A DNA stretch of 64,000 nt from Vulcanimicrobiota bacterium (GTDB lineage Bacteria; Vulcanimicrobiota; Vulcanimicrobiia; Vulcanimicrobiales; Vulcanimicrobiaceae). The notes under the pieces were generated by a model, which saw only the letters and a list, made by a program, of their open reading frames with translations, made no database searches and was not told where the DNA came from. The translations under genes were made by a program, and so were the position numbers. Shown piece after piece: positions 38,755 through 47,876 of this stretch. The stretch is from contig CAWAXX010000023.1 of assembly GCA_963786105.1 (NCBI GenBank), forward strand, positions 160,001-224,000, in the 5' to 3' direction. Every line of letters begins with the position of its first letter. Position 1 is the first letter of the stretch.

Positions 38755-39303
38755 ATGCCCTACGTCCGCGAGATCATTACCGACGGCCATCCAACGCTGA
38801 GGAAGGTTGCGAAGAAGGTCGATCCCAGAGAGATTAGCGATCCGCTTTTCCAGCAGCTCGTCGACGACATGTTCGAAACGATGTATGCCGCGCCGGGGGT
38901 CGGCTTGGCCGCGCCGCAAGTGAACGTCTCAAAGCGTTTCTTCGTGATCGACGTGCGCGACGACAAACATCCGCCGGAGGTCGTAATCAATCCCAAGATC
39001 GAGCTGGCCGAAGAGGAAGTCGAGTTGACGGAAGGATGTCTGTCGGTACCCGGGATGGTCGGTGATATCGTGCGCTTCAAGCGCATCGCGGTTAGCGGCT
39101 TGGACCGCGAAGGGAACAAGATCCGTTTGGAAGGCGAGGGCCTGTTCGCGCAGTGCTTGCAACACGAGATCGGCCATCTCAACGGTGAGCTGTACGTCGA
39201 CAAAGCGCGCGACGTGCGCCCGGCCCTGACGGAAGAGGAGGAGGCAGCCGCCGAAGGCGGCGTGCCCGAGGTTGGCGAGGGCGTCACGGCGGAAGCCCAT
39301 TAA
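38755..39303 (+). CDS. def: peptide deformylase
   Basis: GVGLAAPQ, EGCLS, QHEIGHL. Confidence 0.95.
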   Translation: MPYVREIITDGHPTLRKVAKKVDPREISDPLFQQLVDDMFETMYAAPGVGLAAPQVNVSKRFFVIDVRDDKHPPEVVINPKIELAEEEVELTEGCLSVPGMVGDIVRFKRIAVSGLDREGNKIRLEGEGLFAQCLQHEIGHLNGELYVDKARDVRPALTEEEEAAAEGGVPEVGEGVTAEAH

Positions 39304-40150
39304 CTCCGACCGGCTGCGCACGCTCTTCTTCGGAACCAGCGCATTTGCGGTGCCGAGCCTGCACGTCACCGCTGCGCGTACCAAACTCGAAGGCGTGGTG
39401 ACGCAACCCGACCGCCCTGCCGGGCGCGGGCATAAACTTACGCCATCCCCGGTAAAGAAGGCGGCGCTCGCCCTTGGCCTGCGCGTTTACGAGCCCGTGC
39501 GTCTGCGGCCATTTGCCGGCGACATCGCCAGCGCGCCGTTCGATCTCTTCGCACTGGCTTCGTACGGAAGAATTTTACCGCAAGCCCTACTGGACATACC
39601 GCGCTTGGGAGCGCTCAACGTGCATCCATCGCTCTTGCCGAAGTATCGCGGCGCTACCCCGATACCGTCGGTGTTGCGAAACGGCGAGCGGCGGACCGGG
39701 GTAAGCATCATGCTGATGGATGAAGGAATGGACACCGGCGAAATCGTGCGCCAGGTACCCGTCGACATCGAACCGGGCGAAACATACGGCGAGCTGCACG
39801 ATCGTCTCGCAATGATCGGTGCCGAGTTGCTCGAGCAGGTACTCGATCTCGCGACGGAGGGAAATCTCACCAGCCATCCTCAACTCGGCGATTCCAGTTC
39901 CACTTCGCCGACTCACAAAGACGATCTCTTTATCGACTGGTCGTGGCCGGCGGAGCGCGTCGTCGATCACGTGCGTGCCTTCTCACCGCAGCCGGCCGCG
40001 CGCGCCATTATCGACGGCGAGACGGTAAAAGTTCTGCGCGCGCACGTCGCTCCGGACGGCACCCTGGCGATCGACGAACTCGTCGCCCCGAATCGCGGCA
40101 AGATGAGCGGCGACGAATACCGACGATGGCGCCGGGGCCGTACGCGGTGA
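39272..40150 (+). CDS. fmt: methionyl-tRNA formyltransferase (start uncertain)
   Basis: FFGT..FA, VTQPDRP.GRG, NVHPSLLPKYRGA.P, GMDTG. Confidence 0.92.
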   Translation: MARASRRKPINSDRLRTLFFGTSAFAVPSLHVTAARTKLEGVVTQPDRPAGRGHKLTPSPVKKAALALGLRVYEPVRLRPFAGDIASAPFDLFALASYGRILPQALLDIPRLGALNVHPSLLPKYRGATPIPSVLRNGERRTGVSIMLMDEGMDTGEIVRQVPVDIEPGETYGELHDRLAMIGAELLEQVLDLATEGNLTSHPQLGDSSSTSPTHKDDLFIDWSWPAERVVDHVRAFSPQPAARAIIDGETVKVLRAHVAPDGTLAIDELVAPNRGKMSGDEYRRWRRGRTR

Positions 40151-41481
40151 GCGCGCGCCGGATCGCGCTGGCGGTCCTGCGCGACGTCTTCCCGCCTGCC
40201 GGGTCGCGGGTAACCGAGCGGGGAGCGCAGGAGTCGCTCGATTATCGAGTGCGACAAGGGCACGCTGGGGCGCGCGACCGCGCGTTTGCGACCGAGCTGG
40301 CCTACGGATCGATCAAGATGCGGCGTACGCTCGACTGGTATCTCGCGCCGTTCTTGGGCGAACGAGCCGCATCGCTCCCGGCCACCATTCGCGAGATCTT
40401 GCGGCTAGCCGTGTACGAACTCGCCTACACGCGGCCCGACGCGCATGCCACCGTCTTCGAATTCGTCAACCTTGCGAAGCGGTTCGGACACCGCGGCGTA
40501 GCGAATCTCGTAAACGCGGTTTTGCGATCGTTTCTTCGCGAGCCGCCTGCCCCGCCGCAACGCGACCGTTTTGAAGCCGTCGACGATTACCTCGGGACGC
40601 GATATTCGCTGCCGAACTGGCTCGCTCACCAATGGCGCGAAGTCTTCGACGAGCGCGCCGAAGCGGTATGCTCCGCAGTGAACGATCCGGCTCGCGTCGC
40701 CCTGACGGTCAACACGTTGCGAGAAACGCGGGAGACTTCGGCCGCGCGGCTGCTCGATGCCGGCATCGTCACGTCGCCGTCGGCGGTGGTTGCCGATTCG
40801 TTGCTGCTCGAGAGCGGCGGCGGCAGCTTGCCGGCACTCGAGTCCGAAGCGCGGGGCGACTGGTGGATCCAGTCCGAGAGCTCGGCGATGGTCGCCGGCA
40901 TACTCGACCCTCAGCCCGGTGAAGCGATCGTCGACGTTTGCAGCGGACGGGGAAACAAGGCGCTGCAGATCGGCGCACGGCTAGCGGGTGACGGGACGCT
41001 GGCATGTATCGAACGCGATGCGCGCAAAGCCGCCATTCTGGCAGGGCGCCTGGAAACGAGCGGGATCGCGGGCGAGGTCGTCGTGGGGGATGCCACTAGC
41101 GATGTGCGCGTTACGCCTCAGTTCGACCGAGCCTTGATCGACGCGCCGTGCTCCGGGGTCGGCGTCGTCGGGCGCCACCCGGAGGCACGCTGGAAGAAGC
41201 AAGGCACCGACGGCGAACGCCTGGCGTTGACGCAGCGCGCCCTTTTGGAACGAACGGCGCTCCGCGTTCGCGCCGGCGGTACGCTCGTGTATGCCGTCTG
41301 CTCGACCGATCCACGCGAGACGACGGAAGTGATGCGATGGTTTTTGTCTCGGGAGAACTTCGAACGCGGCTCGATCCCAAAAGCGTACGAATCGTTCTTG
41401 ACGGCCGTGGGTGACGTTCTGATTCCGCCGGGGATTGCCGGACGCGACGGCTTTTACATCGCGCGTTTGGAACGCCGGTGA
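40147..41481 (+). CDS. rsmB: 16S rRNA m5C967 methyltransferase (NusB domain plus RsmB)
   Basis: NusB-like N-terminus (VNAVLR), DVCSGRGNK, DAPCSG, YAVCS. Confidence 0.88.
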   Translation: MSARRIALAVLRDVFPPAGSRVTERGAQESLDYRVRQGHAGARDRAFATELAYGSIKMRRTLDWYLAPFLGERAASLPATIREILRLAVYELAYTRPDAHATVFEFVNLAKRFGHRGVANLVNAVLRSFLREPPAPPQRDRFEAVDDYLGTRYSLPNWLAHQWREVFDERAEAVCSAVNDPARVALTVNTLRETRETSAARLLDAGIVTSPSAVVADSLLLESGGGSLPALESEARGDWWIQSESSAMVAGILDPQPGEAIVDVCSGRGNKALQIGARLAGDGTLACIERDARKAAILAGRLETSGIAGEVVVGDATSDVRVTPQFDRALIDAPCSGVGVVGRHPEARWKKQGTDGERLALTQRALLERTALRVRAGGTLVYAVCSTDPRETTEVMRWFLSRENFERGSIPKAYESFLTAVGDVLIPPGIAGRDGFYIARLERR

Positions 41482-42137
41482 GCATCTTCGAAAAGATCGA
41501 GCGCGCCTGCGCGGCATTCATCGAGCGCAGCTTTGCCAAGACGTTCCCCAGCGACCTCGAGCCCGCGCAAATCGCACGCAAGCTGGTGTCGACGATGGAA
41601 GCTCGCACGCGCAGCGAGGAAGGCCGGCTGCTTGCCCCGGGGTGGTACGTTGCCCGCGTCAATCCCGAGGATTTCGAACGGCTCGCCCCACATCAGGTCT
41701 ATCTCGAGCGGGAATGGGCGGCGCTGCTCGACGATCTTGCTGCGCGGGTCGGCATTACTTTTTCGGAGGGCAGCGCGAGCGTGAAGATGAGCCCGCGGCG
41801 AGACGTGCCGGTGGGTGCCGTCGACGTGGCCGCCGGCGCACCCAAGCGCTTTGCACTCAGAATGATCAAAGGTGTATCCCCATTTGGGGTATACTCGTTG
41901 GAGGGTGAGGCGCGCATCGGGCGGGCCGATGAATGCGACGTCCATCTGGCGGATCCAAGCGTTTCGCGGGCGCACGCAGTCGTCGAAACCGTCGGCGACG
42001 AACCGATCGTGCGCGATCTCGGTTCGACGAACGGGACGTTCGTGAACGGCCAGCGCATAGAAACGAAAACGTTGCACGACGGGGACGAGTTGAGGTTTGG
42101 AAACACGCGCATGCAGTTCGAAGAAAGCCGGGAATAG
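41478..42137 (+). CDS. DUF3662 and FHA domain protein (FhaA-like)
   Basis: F...F.S.L.P.QIARKL N-terminus; IGR, VSRAHA, DLGSTNGT. Confidence 0.85.
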   Translation: MSIFEKIERACAAFIERSFAKTFPSDLEPAQIARKLVSTMEARTRSEEGRLLAPGWYVARVNPEDFERLAPHQVYLEREWAALLDDLAARVGITFSEGSASVKMSPRRDVPVGAVDVAAGAPKRFALRMIKGVSPFGVYSLEGEARIGRADECDVHLADPSVSRAHAVVETVGDEPIVRDLGSTNGTFVNGQRIETKTLHDGDELRFGNTRMQFEESRE

Positions 42138-42143
42138 CGGGAC

Positions 42144-42566
42144 ATGACGTTCGCCGCGCACATGCGTATCGGTACGCTCGAGATCACCGCCGCACTTTTG
42201 GCAGTCGCCGTCGTGGCGGCACGGCCGCGAGTGCGCGCGGCAGCCGAAATCGGACGCATGCTGCCGATGCGGGTAACCTTGGACGTCGTCGAATTCCAAA
42301 AAGCGCGTTCGTACGAAGGGCGGCCGCCGTTCGAAGTCGGACGCGGCCGCGAACTGGACCTCGTGTTGCGCGACCCGGAAGTAAGCCGGCGGCACGCGCG
42401 CTTTGAGAGCCAAAACGGCGTCGTCTACGTGGCCGACCTGCACAGCAGCAACGGAACCTTTCTGAACGGACGGCGGGTCGCCGAGGCGATCGAAATTCGC
42501 GAAGGCGATACGGTCGATGCCGGAACGACGCGCATGCTGGTGAAATCCATCCGCCCATGGAGTTAG
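42144..42566 (+). CDS. FHA domain protein with an N-terminal hydrophobic segment (FhaB-like)
   Basis: VGR, VSRRHA, DLHSSNGT. Confidence 0.85.
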   Translation: MTFAAHMRIGTLEITAALLAVAVVAARPRVRAAAEIGRMLPMRVTLDVVEFQKARSYEGRPPFEVGRGRELDLVLRDPEVSRRHARFESQNGVVYVADLHSSNGTFLNGRRVAEAIEIREGDTVDAGTTRMLVKSIRPWS

Positions 42567-42570
42567 GGTC

Positions 42571-43317
42571 GTGGACGTAGCGATTCGGGGCGATCGAGCC
42601 TCGTGCTTGACGATGCAGCTCGGACCACGGACGTGGCTTCTGGCGGTGACGCGCGGATTCGGCTCGGTCGACGGCGTCCCAACCGAACGTGCGCTCCTGT
42701 CCGAGCTCCGCGGCGAGTGCGAGCGGCGCTTGCGGCGGGAGCGCTTTCGCCGGGCCGTCGACCGCCCTCCCGCGGCGGCCACCGCGGTTCTGGCGGCGCT
42801 CGCGCGCGTCAACGGCGAGATCTACGGGCGAACTGCGGGCCACGACGACTACGTCACCGCTGCGTGCTCCCTTACGGCGGTGCTGATCGTGCGGGGACAT
42901 GCGTACGTCATGCATTGCGGCGGCACTGCTGCGTACCTCGCTCATAACGGCGACGTCACGTCCCTCTCGGGCGACGACACGTTCGACGACGCAGCGCTGC
43001 CATTGCTGTCACGAGCCCTCGGCACGAGCGCCACCCTCGACGTTGCCGTTTCCAGCGTGATGCTGGATGCGGGCGACGTCGTCGTTCTGCTTGGACGGCG
43101 GGTGCCTGGCGACATCGATCGCCGCGCGCTCATCGCCCACGTGGAAGCGGCCGGCCCGGCGGAACACGTCCTGGTCGCTCGGTTCGAGCCCGACGACGCC
43201 GTCGACGAAAGCGGAGTCGCCGTCGAGCGGCGGCGATCGCGTTTCGCATTGCTTCCGGTGTTGGTTCGAGCCGCGATCGCCGTCTTGCTCGTCCTCGCGA
43301 TGGTGTTGGCGCACTGA
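42571..43317 (+). CDS. PP2C/PstP-fold protein lacking the catalytic aspartates, with a C-terminal TM helix
   Basis: PP2C-like pattern (LAV..G.G, SLTAVL, HCGG..AYL, LS.D, LSRALG, GDVVVL) in the pstP position. Confidence 0.7.
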   Translation: MDVAIRGDRASCLTMQLGPRTWLLAVTRGFGSVDGVPTERALLSELRGECERRLRRERFRRAVDRPPAAATAVLAALARVNGEIYGRTAGHDDYVTAACSLTAVLIVRGHAYVMHCGGTAAYLAHNGDVTSLSGDDTFDDAALPLLSRALGTSATLDVAVSSVMLDAGDVVVLLGRRVPGDIDRRALIAHVEAAGPAEHVLVARFEPDDAVDESGVAVERRRSRFALLPVLVRAAIAVLLVLAMVLAH

Positions 43318-43346
43318 TTTTCGCGGGCGCTCGGCGGTTCGCGCCG

Positions 43347-44579
43347 ATGGCCGGAGCGCTGGCGGTCGGGGCGGTCATCCTATCGTTTGCTCCGCCCGGC
43401 GCTCTTGGTCCATGGTGGGTCATGCTTGCGTTGGCGGCGCTGGCGCTGGCGTGGGTCGGACTTGCGCCGGCGACCACCGTACGCGACGACGCGCTGCCGG
43501 CGCTCGCGATCGTACTCTCGGCGCTCGGCCTGGCGGTCGTGGCGCGGCTGTCGCCGGCACTGGCACAGAAGCAACAGGCTTGGCTCCTTCTCTCGCTCGT
43601 GCTCGCGATTGCCGCCGGTCCCGCGTTCACCCATTTTCGCCGTTTCGCAGCTTACAAGTATTTGTGGGTCATCGCATCGCTGGTGCTTTTCGGCCTGATG
43701 CTCGCCTTCGGCGAGGAAGTCAACGGCGCGCGGTTATGGATACGCGTCGGGAGCGTGCAATACGAGCCGATCGAACTGATCAAACTTTTCATCGTGTTGT
43801 TCCTCGCGGCGTACTTGGCCGAAATGGCCGACGTGATCGCCAACGCCCGGCCGTGGTCGCTACAAGCAAACCTGAAATACTTGGGGCCGCTCTTCATTGG
43901 ATGGGGAGCGTCGATGGCGATCCTCGTCGTTCAACACGATCTGGGGATGGCGACGCTTCTGCTGGCGACGTTTGCGACGCTGCTGTTCGTCGCGACACGC
44001 CGTATCGACATCGTGGCGCTCGGAGCGGGCATTTTTGCGATCGCGGCCTACTGGGCCTCGCGTCACTTTGCCTACGTGCACACGCGCATCGCTGTATGGC
44101 AGAATCCATTCTCGGATCCGCTGGGGGCCGGCTATCAATCGTCGCAAGCGTACTATGCGATGGCGGCCGGGGGTCTCTTTGGTACCGGGTACCGTCTCGG
44201 ACATCCGAACTTCATTCCGGACGTGGCGACCGACTACGTGTACGCCGCCTTTTCCGAGGAGTTCGGTATCGTTGGGGCGTTGATCGTGCTCGCGATTTTC
44301 ATCGGACTCGTGCGCCGCATTCTGGCGGTCGGGCTCGAACAGCCGGACCTTTACACGAAGCTGCTCGCGGTCGGTTTAGGGACGACCCTGGGCGTGCAAG
44401 TATTCGTCATCGTTGGAGGCGTAGTGGGCGTTTTTCCGCTTACCGGCATCACCTTGCCGTTCATCTCCTACGGCGGCAGCTCGCTCGTCGCCAACTTTCT
44501 GTTGATCGCGCTCGCGTGGTCGATGAGCGCACGGCCGCTCGCGGTGCAACGCGGACCCGGGAAAACGCGCGTACCGTGA
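43347..44579 (+). CDS. rodA: FtsW/RodA/SpoVE (SEDS) protein
   Basis: NGARLWI, EP.E.IK, DLG, GYQ, TDY, EEFG, PLTGITLPFISYGGSS. Confidence 0.88.
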   Translation: MAGALAVGAVILSFAPPGALGPWWVMLALAALALAWVGLAPATTVRDDALPALAIVLSALGLAVVARLSPALAQKQQAWLLLSLVLAIAAGPAFTHFRRFAAYKYLWVIASLVLFGLMLAFGEEVNGARLWIRVGSVQYEPIELIKLFIVLFLAAYLAEMADVIANARPWSLQANLKYLGPLFIGWGASMAILVVQHDLGMATLLLATFATLLFVATRRIDIVALGAGIFAIAAYWASRHFAYVHTRIAVWQNPFSDPLGAGYQSSQAYYAMAAGGLFGTGYRLGHPNFIPDVATDYVYAAFSEEFGIVGALIVLAIFIGLVRRILAVGLEQPDLYTKLLAVGLGTTLGVQVFVIVGGVVGVFPLTGITLPFISYGGSSLVANFLLIALAWSMSARPLAVQRGPGKTRVP

Positions 44580-45013
44580 AAACCGTGGGTATCGCGACGA
44601 TCGCGTTGGCGTGCCTGCTGAGCGCCTGTTCGAGGGAAGCCCCGGTACGGAGCGCCGCCTCGACGGCCGCTCAACTCAACGACCCGGCGTCGTCGAGCGA
44701 CGGAGCGCGCATCTACATTACGAACTGCTCGAGCTGCCACCAGCTGGACGGCCGAGGGGTAGCGGGCGCTTTCCCGGCGTTAGCGGGTAATCCGGCCGTC
44801 ACCGGAGACCCGCGCGCGGTCGTTGCCGACGTCAAGTTCGGCCTGCGCGCACGTAGCCGTGCGAACCGCGAAGGGTTCGCCGTGATGCCGGCGTGGCAAG
44901 GTCTGCTTTCCGACGAAGATATCGCCGCGGTCGTCACTTACGTCCGGTTTGCGTGGCACAACCACGCTTCGGCAGTCACGCCCGCGGAAGTCACGTCGGT
45001 AGGCGGGCGATAG
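44576..45013 (+). CDS. lipoprotein class I cytochrome c
   Basis: LSAC lipobox, CSSCH, G.G..GAFP.LA, MPAW, IAAVVTYVR..W.N; GTG overlaps the rodA stop. Confidence 0.85.
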   Translation: MKTVGIATIALACLLSACSREAPVRSAASTAAQLNDPASSSDGARIYITNCSSCHQLDGRGVAGAFPALAGNPAVTGDPRAVVADVKFGLRARSRANREGFAVMPAWQGLLSDEDIAAVVTYVRFAWHNHASAVTPAEVTSVGGR

Positions 45014-45059
45014 CCGCCCAACCCTTTACACAAAGTTTACATATCTTCCCCGGGCCGAT

Positions 45060-45437
45060 TTGGTCTGCGCTAAGAGTGAACGCCGCGACCTCCTCTTAGA
45101 AGCATGGCAGGCAACGCCCGTTGCTTCTTGGGGAGCGGGCGTCGCCGTCAAACAAAGCGTCGTGACCGGTTCGGTCGTCGACGCATCCACGGGCAAACCG
45201 GTTCCCGGCGCGATCGTTATGGTGGCACCGAACCACGAATCGAGCGACATCGCATCGATGCCGTTTGCTACGACCGGATCCGACGGATCGTTTTCGATCG
45301 CAAATGTCCCGTTCGCGCAGGCGGAGTACATCGTCGTCGAACCGCCGCGCGGCAGCGCGTACGCCGCATACCACGGGACGGTTTCCGCGGCAGCCGGCAA
45401 GATTCAGGCCGGCGTTATCCGGCTCGCAATTCACTGA
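45060..45437 (+). CDS. hypothetical protein with a carboxypeptidase-regulatory-like (prealbumin-fold) domain (start uncertain)
   Basis: VTGSVVDASTGKPVPGAIV...TTGSDGSFSI. Confidence 0.55.
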   Translation: MVCAKSERRDLLLEAWQATPVASWGAGVAVKQSVVTGSVVDASTGKPVPGAIVMVAPNHESSDIASMPFATTGSDGSFSIANVPFAQAEYIVVEPPRGSAYAAYHGTVSAAAGKIQAGVIRLAIH

Positions 45438-46011
45438 CCCGGAGTTCTCGAACGAAAAGCGTCTGGACGTATTCGAACATCTTCGGATCGATTCGACGCA
45501 GCCGCTCGCGCGTCGCGCGCGGCCACGGTGATGAAGGGTCGTTCACACCGACGTAGGCGCGCAGCGACTCGGCGAAGTATTCGTCGATGCCGGTCGCCGC
45601 GTAGGGCGTGACGAACGTACGAGCGTTCGCGAAGCTCGCACGGATGCGTGGATCGATGCCCGAGCGATACACCCCTCCGCCTAACGCGCAGTCCAACGCG
45701 TGTCCGAACTCGTGTGCGACCGTCATGGGACTGCGTGAACGCAGGTAGAGCGCGCGTTCTTCGACTACGAATAATCCCGCTGGAGGAGCCGGCCACGCAT
45801 CCACGTCGATGCCGAGACGGGCCAGCGCGGGCGATGCTGCGCGATACGGTTCACCCTGGCGCAAGAGCATCACACGAACCCGCGCGGCGTCAGCGTAGGC
45901 CAGCGGGCCGCGGCCGAACCGCAACAGCGTTTCGATCACCGCCCGTTCCACCGGCCGCGCCCGGTCGCCTTCGAAGAGCCGTTCGGCTACCCCAGTGGCA
46001 TCGATTTGCAT
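45415..46011 (-). CDS. zinc metallopeptidase, anthrax-lethal-factor/MtfA-like domain
   Basis: HEFGH followed by YAAT...EYFAES. Confidence 0.75.
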   Translation of the reverse strand: MQIDATGVAERLFEGDRARPVERAVIETLLRFGRGPLAYADAARVRVMLLRQGEPYRAASPALARLGIDVDAWPAPPAGLFVVEERALYLRSRSPMTVAHEFGHALDCALGGGVYRSGIDPRIRASFANARTFVTPYAATGIDEYFAESLRAYVGVNDPSSPWPRATRERLRRIDPKMFEYVQTLFVRELRVSELRAG

Positions 46012-46131
46012 CGGGCCATCGTCGCGCGGCCGGATTTCCCGGATGTGGCGTATGCATTTCAGAGTTTCTTCATCCGGCAGACGTAGCGTGATCTCACCTT
46101 GCTCATCTCCGGAAACTGTTGAGGTTCTTTT

Positions 46132-47277
46132 ATGTCTAGTTCACGTATAGGCACGCACGCGCGCCTCGTTGCCGGCTTGGCCGCCGCCATGTTGGTCGTA
46201 ACCGGTTGCGGCGCGCACGGCGGGAGCGGCATGCCGGCGGCCGGGGGACAATCCGTGCTTCCGCAGTCCCGCACCGCCGGCCGAAATGTCTCGCACGTTT
46301 CGGTGCTCAAACATCTGACGAGCCAAGTGGTCATCGGCTCCACGATCGATCCGGTCAACGGGTCCCAGAATCCCTACGGTTTGACCGTCGCACCGTCGAC
46401 GAACGGAAAATTCACTGCCGGCGACCTGGTCGTCTGCAACTTCAACTCGAAGTACAACCAGCAGGGCAGCGGCAAGTCCATCATCGCGCTGCACCCGACG
46501 CCCGGCTCGACCCCGATTCACATAACCCAAAACGCGACGACGCTCGGTTGCGACGCCCTTGCGCTCAGTCCCGACGATACGATTTGGGCCGCGTCGATGA
46601 CGGCGAATTCCAATCCGATCATCAGCTCGTCCGGAAAGTTGCTTTTCAACATTCAAGGAAAGCCGCTGAGCCAACCGTGGGGCCAGGTTTTCGCCCAGCC
46701 TCCCAGCGGTTCGCCGGCGTTCTACGAAACCAACGCACGGACGGGCACCGTGGTTCGCATCAACCTTGGGTCCAAGTTTACGTTTGACGTGATCGCCAAG
46801 GGCTTCCCGAGAAATCGCGGAGTTCCGGGAACCGCGCTCGCACCCTCGGGCCTGGCTTACGACGCGAACATCGACACGCTGTATTTTGCCGACGGAAAGA
46901 ACGACACCGTCGTCGCGATCAAGAACGTATCGAGCGTCCCGAACGGCGGCATCGTGGCTACGCATAACGGCATGACGTTCACGGGTCCAAACGCTGCCGA
47001 CGCGCGCGTCGTTTTCGCGGGTACGCCGCTGAACGGCCCGATCAGCACGGCGTTATTGCCCAACGGAAATCTCGTAGTCGGAAATACGCTCGACCCCGAC
47101 GGTACCAACCTGCTCATCGAACTTTCGGCCGACGGGCAAGTGCTCGACACGATCAACGTCGACACCGGACCGGCCGGAGCGATATTCGGTATCGTGGCGA
47201 CGGGCACGTCAAGCTCGGACACCAAAATCTATTTCAACGACGACAACGCCGCCAACGTTCAGGTGCTGGAGAACTAA
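46132..47277 (+). CDS. hypothetical lipoprotein, probable beta-propeller (paralog A)
   Basis: VTGC lipobox; IGST.DP.NG.QNPYGL, GDLVVCNFN, PSG..Y and KIYFNDDN shared with 47877..49037. Confidence 0.8.
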   Translation: MSSSRIGTHARLVAGLAAAMLVVTGCGAHGGSGMPAAGGQSVLPQSRTAGRNVSHVSVLKHLTSQVVIGSTIDPVNGSQNPYGLTVAPSTNGKFTAGDLVVCNFNSKYNQQGSGKSIIALHPTPGSTPIHITQNATTLGCDALALSPDDTIWAASMTANSNPIISSSGKLLFNIQGKPLSQPWGQVFAQPPSGSPAFYETNARTGTVVRINLGSKFTFDVIAKGFPRNRGVPGTALAPSGLAYDANIDTLYFADGKNDTVVAIKNVSSVPNGGIVATHNGMTFTGPNAADARVVFAGTPLNGPISTALLPNGNLVVGNTLDPDGTNLLIELSADGQVLDTINVDTGPAGAIFGIVATGTSSSDTKIYFNDDNAANVQVLEN

Positions 47278-47308
47278 AAGCGGTCGGAAAAAAGAGGTGC
47301 CCACACCT

Positions 47309-47346
47309 AAGCGCCGGCGTTCGAAAGAACGCCGGCGCTTCGCTTT
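47309..47346 (+). terminator. intrinsic terminator-like hairpin
   Basis: Perfect 14-bp stem AAGCGCCGGCGTTC-GAAA-GAACGCCGGCGCTT, then CGCTTT. Confidence 0.75.
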
Positions 47347-47366
47347 ATCGTCCGAGGTTAACTATT

Positions 47367-47385
47367 GATAATGATTTTGATTAAT
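47367..47385. promoter_or_regulatory. candidate Fur-family box
   Basis: GATAATGATTTTGATTAAT, 14/19 match to GATAATGATAATCATTATC, inside an AT-rich island. Confidence 0.45.
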
Positions 47386-47456
47386 AAAAGGTGTATTTCT
47401 TTCTTCGCATTTCGCACGTTGAAGGGTCGGCGAACGTGCGGACGAAACACGGCGGC

Positions 47457-47774
47457 ATGCGCATCCAGTCGATTAGTGCCGCAGAATTGGTATTGGCCGC
47501 AAGTGCTTGCAATGCGGCAGGAACCAATCAGTCGGTACCTTTGACGCCTGCCGGCTCAAACGTTACCGGAATGCGGGGTACCGGTGCCAAGGCCAAGGAT
47601 GCCCGCGTGGTGTATTCGGGATCCGGAAACCTCGTGTTGGGAAACGCGCTGGATCCAAGCGGCAAGAATTTACTGGTGGAGATCGCTATTGCGTCGAGCG
47701 GTTCGTCGAACGCCACGACCAAGATCTATTCCAACGACGACAATGCCAATAACGTTCAAGTCTTAGAGATGTAA
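47457..47774 (+). pseudogene. internally deleted paralog of the flanking lipoproteins (frame intact, 105 aa)
   Basis: ACNAAGTNQ, AKDA, GNLVLGN, KNL.VEIA and TTKIY.NDDN blocks are colinear with 47877..49037. Confidence 0.7.
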
Positions 47775-47876
47775 TCGCTCGCGATCTGACTGTTTTCGGC
47801 AAGCGGCGCGATTCTGCATCGGGGCGGGACGCGTTGCGGCTACGAAGCCCGTAACTATGCTTTAAAGGAGTTTACA

